This document shows positions 1-7,503 of a stretch of DNA of 13,267 nucleotides, piece after piece. Location of the stretch: assembly GCA_000388065.2 (NCBI GenBank), contig KB932203.1. One strand, given 5' to 3'. Each line of letters opens with the position of its first letter. The stretch's first letter is position 1. The notes beneath the pieces were generated by a model. It saw only the letters and a list, made by a program, of their open reading frames with translations, had not been told where the DNA came from and ran no database searches. The translations under genes were made by a program, and so were the position numbers. The stretch is from Fonticula alba ATCC 38817 (Eukaryota; Protista; Nucleariida).

Positions 1-324
1 GGGGGCGAAATCCGCCTCCGGCCGATGCCTCCCAGCGCGGTGCCATGTGGCGGCCCGGCCGCCGGGTCCCGCGGTGCGCGCGCGCACACGCCCCGGAGTG
101 CCCCAGGCCTAAGCGCCCTCCCGGCCGCCGCGACGGGGAGAGCGGAGGGACCGGGGGGCCGAAGGCCCCGGCCGTTCTTGGGGGCGCCTCCTCCTTGGCG
201 CACGGTGCCGGGCCCGATCTCCCCCCCCCCTCCGGTCCTGGGGGCGGGAGGCCAGCGGGCCACCGCGCGGGCGCCCGTCCTCTCCCCGTCGGGGGGCGGC
301 ATGGAAGCCCCCTGCTCGGGCTGG

Positions 325-333
325 TGTGGGAAA
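325..333 (+). promoter_or_regulatory. Candidate CSL binding site TGTGGGAAA
   Basis: Exact match to the established YGTGRGAA consensus; function untested. Confidence 0.45.
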
Positions 334-432
334 ATCCTCCCTCCGCGGTCTCTCGGCGTGTCCACTCGGCCTGCCCCTCCCCCCCCGGTCCCCAGGCCCC
401 GGGCCGTACCGTGGGTACACGCCCCGCTGGCC

Positions 433-460
433 GGGGGGGGGGCGGGGGGGGGGGGGGGGG
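433..460 (+). repeat. Poly-G tract (G10 C G17)
   Basis: Read directly. Confidence 0.9.
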
Positions 461-865
461 CGCATTCAGGAAGCTTCCGCCACGCATGCCCAGTCATGCC
501 CCCGCCCCCCCTTCGGGCGTGGGTGCGAGCTGGCAAGGGCGACCGGTCGGGGGCCGGAAGCCCGGGAGCCGCCGCCCGGTGGTCGCCCAGTCTCCTGCTG
601 GCTTGGGCTCCGGGTTCTGTTGCTGTTCCTGTGTCCGGCCGCTGCTCGCCCTCTCCTGGCGCCCTCTGTTGTTCCCTCGCCCGGCATGGTGAGAGAATGC
701 AGCCGGGGGGACGGGCCAAGCAGCCGTGCCCGTGTCCGGGGCCGCCGCCGCCGCCGCCCCCCGGTCGGGGTACACACGCCTGACGCAACTGGAGATCTCC
801 CTGCCCCCTGCGCCGGCCGGCGTGCGGCCGCACGCGCGCGCCCTTGCCCCCGGCGTCGGGACTTC

Positions 866-875
866 TTTTCCCACC
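866..875 (-). promoter_or_regulatory. Candidate CSL binding site (GGTGGGAAAA on - strand)
   Basis: TTCCCAC core at 868-874; G rather than Y at the first consensus position. Confidence 0.35.
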
Positions 876-1094
876 CCAGGGCACCGGCCGCGAGCCAGTT
901 GTGTGCACGCGTGCTCGGAAGCCCCCCCCCCACCCGGCAGTCGGCCGCCAGGGACACAGACATGGGACATTCCTCCGTGTCTACCAGAGTGCCCCGGGCC
1001 GCAGCGGGGGCAGATCACATCCCCCGCCGGATGGTCCGGCCAACACACCCTCGCAATTGGGGTCTCTCGGCCACCGCGCGTTTCCCGCACCCCT

Positions 1095-1177
1095 GGGGAG
1101 GGGGAGGGGGGGGGGGGGGGGGGGGCGGGCGCCCCGGGGTTTTTTCTTTTCTCCCCCCCCCCCCCCCCCCGCCCCCC
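1095..1177. repeat. Poly-G / T-rich spacer / poly-C inverted homopolymer pair
   Basis: G20 at 1106-1125, T-rich 1140-1150, C18 at 1153-1170. Confidence 0.9.
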
Positions 1178-1439
1178 TCTGCCCCGACCCCGCCCAAGGA
1201 CACTCTTGAGGGGAAAACAGGTGGCACGCGGGAAAGCCCCCCGGGTGAGAGGGGCCGGGCGAGAGCAACGAGCACAAGCCGCAGGCTCCTGCTGCCAGGG
1301 AGGCGCGCGGGGTGCAGGGGGGGGGGGGCGCATCGACACACCGCAGGGAGGGGTCTACACTAGATCTCCCCCACCCCGGGGCGCGCCGTTGCACGCACAC
1401 CCGGGCCGTCGTGGGACATTCCTCCTGCCAGCCTGGCGC

Positions 1440-1447
1440 TTCCCACC
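1440..1447 (-). promoter_or_regulatory. Candidate CSL binding site (GGTGGGAA on - strand)
   Basis: TTCCCAC core at 1440-1446, about 290 nt before the ATG. Confidence 0.35.
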
Positions 1448-1730
1448 CCCGGCTGGTCGGCGCGCGGGAACGCCCCGCCCGGGGCATGAGAAATTTTTCG
1501 GCCGCCCGCAAACACCGGCCGGCCGCCGAGCTGGCACTTCCCTCCACGCCCGTAGTCGCGCCTGTTTCACCCCCTCCCCCCCCCCTCTACCTTTAGCTCT
1601 CTGAGAACCGTGGTCCTCCGTGCACTGCTTCCGGAAGGCCCTCCCCTCTCCTCCCTGCGCGACCTCCTGCTTCGTCCCCCTCCCCCGGCCCCCTCCCGGT
1701 TGAAGGGAACCCCCCTCCCTCCACGACGCA

Positions 1731-2247
1731 ATGACGTCCTCCGCTGCCCACCCCTCCAAGGCGGGCCGGCCTGCCTCCTCGGCCCCTGGCGATGGCCATC
1801 ATCTTCCCCCGGGCGACAGCCAGTCCTCATCCGCCGGGTCTGATCTCCCTGCCGGCCTCTCGGGCCTGACCCTGCTCCTGGACATTGTGGCCTCGCAGCG
1901 CGAGCAACTCGACGCTCCGGCCGCCGCCGCCGCCGCCGCCACCGCCAACCCTGCCGACACCACCAGCACCGGCACCACCACGGGCGCCACCGGCCCGGCC
2001 GCCCCCTCGGGCTCATCGCTCATCAAGGCGGAGCCCCTCTCGCCAGCCGTCCCCATGGCGGAATTCTCGCCAGGCGTGCCGGCTCCAGCCCCGGCCGGGG
2101 CCCCTGGCCCGGCCCCGATGGACCTGGCCACATCGCACCCGAAGAAGCGCAAGGCCTCCAGCGGTCCGACCGCCGATGCCGGGGTCGCGTCCAACGGCGA
2201 GGCGCCCCTGCCACTCGCCCGGCCGGTCAAACGCCACGCGCCGGCCG
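1731..2247 (+). CDS. CSL: CSL exon 1 (putative first coding exon; disordered N-terminal tail)
   Basis: ATG at 1731 has G at -3 and an in-frame TGA upstream at 1701-1703. Encodes LTLLLDIVAS, IKAEPLSP and PKKRK. Ends at G|GTACGC, phase 1. Confidence 0.75.
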
Positions 2248-5200
2248 GTACGCGCCATGGTCCTCCCCTTCTTGCTGGCAGCCCCCTGGGCTGACCGACC
2301 TGTGTGTCTCCGGCTCCCGGTGCTGACCCTCCCTCCCTCTCCCTCCCACGCAGACCTTGCCTCGGCCGACGCGATGGCTGTCATGAATGCCGGTGCGATT
2401 GTCCCCTCCACTGTGCCGATGATCTCCGCTTCGCTTCTCCCGAAGTCCAGCCCCGCCACTGGCCAGGGTGCGTTTCTTCCCTCCTGCCCACCAGTCCCGG
2501 CGCGATCGCCCACTGACCTGGCTGCTGCCCGTGCAGATCCCATGTTTGGACTGCTGGCCCCCTCGGCGTCGGACTCGCGCCTTGCGTCGCCGATGGTGTC
2601 CCCCTTGAACCTGCTCCCCCAGTCGGATCTCCTCTCTTCGATGGGTCTCTCCCTCGGCGGTGATGGCAGTCCGAATGCCAGCCCGGCACTGACCCAGCTC
2701 CTGACCGGCGGAGGCGCGGTCGGCGCGGTCGGCTCGGTCGGCTCGGTCGGCTCGGTCGGCTCGGTCGGCTCGGTCGGCTCGGTCGGCTCGGTCGGCTCGG
2801 TCAATACTTCCGGTGCGCGGCCCTTGACATGTCGTTCTTCCCTGCGCGTGGCCGTCCCACTCTTCCTGACACACACACACACACATGCACCCGCGCGCAC
2901 ACAACTTCCCTCCTGGACTCAGGCATCATTCCCGGTGTTCTGCCTGGCTGCTTCTCCAACCTGTCCATTCCGCTGGTGCAGAACGCCCAAGCCGGTACAC
3001 TGATCGGCAGTCCTGGCGGCGGCCAGACCATCCTCACTGTTCCATCCCCCCTCACCCAGCAGTTTGGTGCGCCACTCTCCACTTGCCCCCCCCGCCACAC
3101 GCACACGCACGCGCACACGCACACACTCACACGCCTGCATGTGCGCCGGTCACAGTTGCCACCGCCTCTCCCGGGAGCTCCATGGCACAAGTCGGCGCCG
3201 GGTCCTCGGCCGGGCGTGGGCTTCTCCTGCCGATGGCCGATCAGCGTCTGCCCTCCAGTCTCAACTCCGCCAATTCGCTCTTCCTCCAGAGCATCAATCC
3301 CCGACTGAATGCCGGGGCCATCGGGCCGGCCATGTCCCCGCCGGCCCTGCTCTCCCGGTCCCCCTCTTCGGACATCCTGGTCCCCTCCAGCATGCAGCAC
3401 TATTCGCTGGTGCTGCTGCACGCGTGCGTGGCCCAGAAGTCCTACGGCAGTGAGAAGCGCTTCCTCTGCCCGCCGCCGTTGATTCACTCGCTGCCGGCCT
3501 TGCCGTCGTTGCCGCTGGCCACCGATGCCACCGGCGCCGGTGGTGCTCCCGGCGGAGCGTCCGATGGCAAATCCCCGGCCAGTCGGCCGCACGTGCGCAT
3601 GCGCATCCTCCATGACGGCGCTCCGGCCCTCCTTTCGGCCAGCGGGGCCGGCATGTCGCCGGTTGTCACTCCGGGCGCCTCGCCGACCATCGGCTCCGGG
3701 CGTCGGGCCGGTGGCTCCTCCGGTCCGGCCTCCCCCGTGGGGTCGGCTTCTTCACTGGACAACCTGCTGCTTGGCGGGTCGACCGCCGCCGCCGCCGCCG
3801 GCCCCGGGGCCCAGGGCAGCGGCAAGCTTTCTGCCCGGCGTGGGGGATCTCCCTCCATGCAAAGTGGCGGCATGGTCAATCAGGCAGCCGTGACGGCCGC
3901 TGCGGCTGCCACCATCGAGCATCGCGAGTTTTTGGAATCCCCTCACCCCCTCGGGCCGCCGGCCGCGGTGCCTGGTGCCGCGCGGGCCGTCTTCAAGTAC
4001 ATGCACGTCAATGGCGCCGGGTCTGCCGACTCCACCGGCAATCGGTTTAAGTCCTTCATCCTCCGGGCTGGGGTGCGTACTGTTGTTGCATTTTCCCCTC
4101 TGCCCTCTTCCCCTTGTGTCCACTGGTGTCCCCCCCCCCCCCCCCCCCCCCCCCCCCAGGGTGGGTGGGGGGTTGTCGCCGCCGGGGAAAGTCATCGATC
4201 TTGGTCCCTTCGGGCTCTTGATGTTCGGTTGGGCATGTGCTTGCCAAGCGTGTCCCTGGTCTTTTGCTGACGCTCCTTCCTCGCTCCCCCCCCCCCGTCC
4301 CCCTCTTGTCTCCTCTCTTCTCGTGCGCACACGCACACACGCACACAAAAACACCCCCCGCTCCATGGCCAGGTGTACCTCGACGATCACTCGCCCCTGC
4401 TGTCCTTCGACAGCGCTCCGGTGTCCATCATCAGCAAGCCCTCCAAGAAGACCACGCGCATGCGCAATAACTTGCTGGTCATCACTTCCGGCGTGCTGGT
4501 GGCCCTCTTTAATCGTGTCAACTCGCAAACCGTCCGCACCAAGTACATGGCCATGGACCCGCCCGGGACCGGGGGCCCGGACACCGGCCCCACCGGCCTC
4601 CGACCGGCAACCGCCACCACCAGCGCCGGTTCCTCCGCCTCCAGCTCCTTCGACAACCTGGCGGCCGCGGCCGCGGCCTCCACCTCGGCCTCGACCGGTG
4701 GCAGCACGGCCGGTAGCTATCGGCTGGTGGCCCGGTCCGGCACCTGGGCTCCTTTCATCATCCATGGGATCGGTCGCGATGGGCGCCTCCTGCCCAAGGG
4801 CACCCCGCTGCTGTATAACATGCCGGTGGTTTTGGAAAGTCGCCCTCTGGAGGCGCTGCTCGATGTGGCCGAGGCCGGCCTCGATGAAGGCACCGCTGTC
4901 GGCGGGGGCGGTTCCATGATGGTGCTGTCGACGCCCGGTGCCGAGGCCACCGGCGGGATGGATGCTTCCGGGGGGGGTCTCCCCTCGAATGGCAGCGGGG
5001 CTGGCGGTGGCGGTGGCAATGGGGCCGGCGGCCTGCAGCAGGTGCCCACCCCCACCGGCGCTCTGTCCGATGTGATGATTCTGCGCCGGGTGACGCGTGA
5101 TGCCATGGTGCAAAATGGCCGCTCGGCCCCCTATGCCGATCAGCAAAATGCCGGCTCGGTGAGCCAGCTCCAAAAGGTGGCCCTGCAATTGGCCAATGCC

Positions 5201-6694
5201 CCGGCCGGGTGGCCGATCCTCGGCCCGGGTCCGGATGCCGGGACGACCGCCGGCGGTGGCGGTGGCGGCGCGACCGGCGCGACCGGCACGACCGCCGGCC
5301 ATGGTGGCTGCTTGCGCATGGTCCCCGGCCGTGATACCTCCCAGGCGGGGGTCAGTGTCGGGTGCTGCCGGCCACATTCCTCCCCGGCCGGGGGGCGTAA
5401 TGCCGCGGCGGCGCTTGACATGTGCTCCGCCTCCTGCCCGTGCGGCTGTGCTTCGGCCCAGGCGGCCGATGAGCCGCTCTATCTGAGCACCAGCAATGGC
5501 GATTCGCTGTGCTACCATCGGGCCATCTCCACCGGGACGGGCGATGCGGCCGGGTCCCGGCCCGTCGGGGGCAATGCCCCCGGCAGTGGTGGTGGGTGCA
5601 GCGGCCATGCGCCGGTGGATGGTGCGGCCGACCGGCGCGCGGGCATGGCACTCGAGCCGGCTGGCAGCGGCAGCAGCGGCTCGCTGGTCCCCTCGGAGCT
5701 GAACCTATGTGGGGTCCTGAGTGATGCCTTCATGTGCTGGACCATTGTCTGTGTGGATGCGCGCCATGTGCGCTTCTCCATCCGCACGGATGCCCCGGCG
5801 GCGGCGGTTGCGGCGGCGGCGGCAGCGGCGGCGGCGGCCGCCGTGTCCCCCAGCCCCAGCGGCGATCTTCTGCCGATGGTCGGCCGGCCGGCGCTGGTGA
5901 ACTTGCGCGCGCCGTCGCGATCGGTGGCCGGGGCACAGGCCAGCCCGCCGATGGCCGGCGCGCCGCCATCTGCCACTGGTCCTGGGTCCGATGTGACGGC
6001 ATTTGTCACCAGTGTCGGCGGCCGGCGGCGCGTGTCGCCCATCCCCCCCCCGACGGCTGGGACTCTCCTGCCGACGGCCGGGGGCGATGTCATGGGCGCC
6101 AGCTCCGGACAGTTGCCCTTTGGCGTCATGTCCGTCTCGTCCATGGCGACGGCCGTGACCTCGGATCTGGTTCCTGGTGGCGGCTCGCCGCTGCTCAGCA
6201 GCCAGTCGCAGCAGCTCCACCAGGCCTTCCATCATCATCACCTCGGCCTGCATCACCAGCACCATCAGCAGTCGCAGCAGCAGTCGCAGTCACAGTCGCA
6301 GCAGCAGTCGCAGCAGCAGTCGCACTCGGCACCTGGCACACCGTTGATGCCCCTGAACCTGCTCGGCGGGCATCAATTTGCCTTCAACGCGGGTGCCCCC
6401 GCCGGCAGCGGCAGCAGTGGCAATACCCAGAGCGGCATCAACACGCCCGTCATCTTGAGCCCGGTTCTGTCCGATGGCTCCGGGGCCGCGGTGTCCGGGG
6501 GCCTGCACCAATCTCTTGGTGCCGGGGCCGGGCTTTCGCTTGGCGATCTGTCCAAGCTGACCCCGACGCTGGACTCGCTGTCGAGCTCGCCGCTGTTTGG
6601 CGGGACTGCCTCAGGCAACAATGTCGGCCTGTCCGCCGCCAGCATGGGTCTCACCCTGGGCAATGTCAGCCAGCTGAGTGATATCCTGGCTGCT

Positions 6695-6754
<60 letters not shown>

Positions 6755-7279
6755 NNNNNNNNNNNNNNNNNNNNNNNNNNNNNNNNNNNNNNNNNNNNNN
6801 NNNNNNNNNNNNNNNNNNNNNNNNNNNNNNNNNNNNNNNNNNNNNNNNNNNNNNNNNNNNNNNNNNNNNNNNNNNNNNNNNNNNNNNNNNNNNNNNNNNN
6901 NNNNNNNNNNNNNNNNNNNNNNNNNNNNNNNNNNNNNNNNNNNNNNNNNNNNNNNNNNNNNNNNNNNNNNNNNNNNNNNNNNNNNNNNNNNNNNNNNNNN
7001 NNNNNNNNNNNNNNNNNNNNNNNNNNNNNNNNNNNNNNNNNNNNNNNNNNNNNNNNNNNNNNNNNNNNNNNNNNNNNNNNNNNNNNNNNNNNNNNNNNNN
7101 NNNNNNNNNNNNNNNNNNNNNNNNNNNNNNNNNNNNNNNNNNNNNNNNNNNNNNNNNNNNNNNNNNNNNNNNNNNNNNNNNNNNNNNNNNNNNNNNNNNN
7201 NNNNNNNNNNNNNNNNNNNNNNNNNNNNNNNNNNNNNNNNNNNNNNNNNNNNNNNNNNNNNNNNNNNNNNNNNNNNNNN

Positions 7280-7342
<63 letters not shown>

Positions 7343-7348
7343 TTCCGT

Positions 7349-7389
<41 letters not shown>

Positions 7390-7471
7390 GCAACAGCAGG
7401 CACAGCAAGCTCAACTCCAGCAACAATACCAACAGTATCGCCAACTCCAGCAGGCTCAACTTCAGCAGGCC

Positions 7472-7503
<32 letters not shown>

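Noticed and set aside
1410-1447. Head-to-head CGTGGGAC...TTCCCACC as a Su(H) paired site
   Set aside because: Spacer is 22 bp rather than 15-17, one half is imperfect, and paired-site cooperativity needs Notch dimers.
25-1604. Long upstream ORFs on both strands
   Set aside because: Pro/Gly/Arg-rich translations of GC-rich and homopolymer DNA in which stop codons are rare.
4160-4230. Possible cassette exon in intron 4 (AG after poly-C; KVIDLGPF resembles the CSL DIGVF motif)
   Set aside because: It is in the wrong phase for the 4072 donor and has no good downstream donor; direct 4072/4373 splicing already aligns without a gap.
4373-4375. GTG start of the 1162-aa ORF as an independent gene
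   Set aside because: The GTG follows a CAG acceptor and lies mid-domain; it is a Val codon of exon 5.
3752-5608. 618-aa antisense ORF
   Set aside because: Shadow frame of the GC-rich CSL coding region; no domain-like content.
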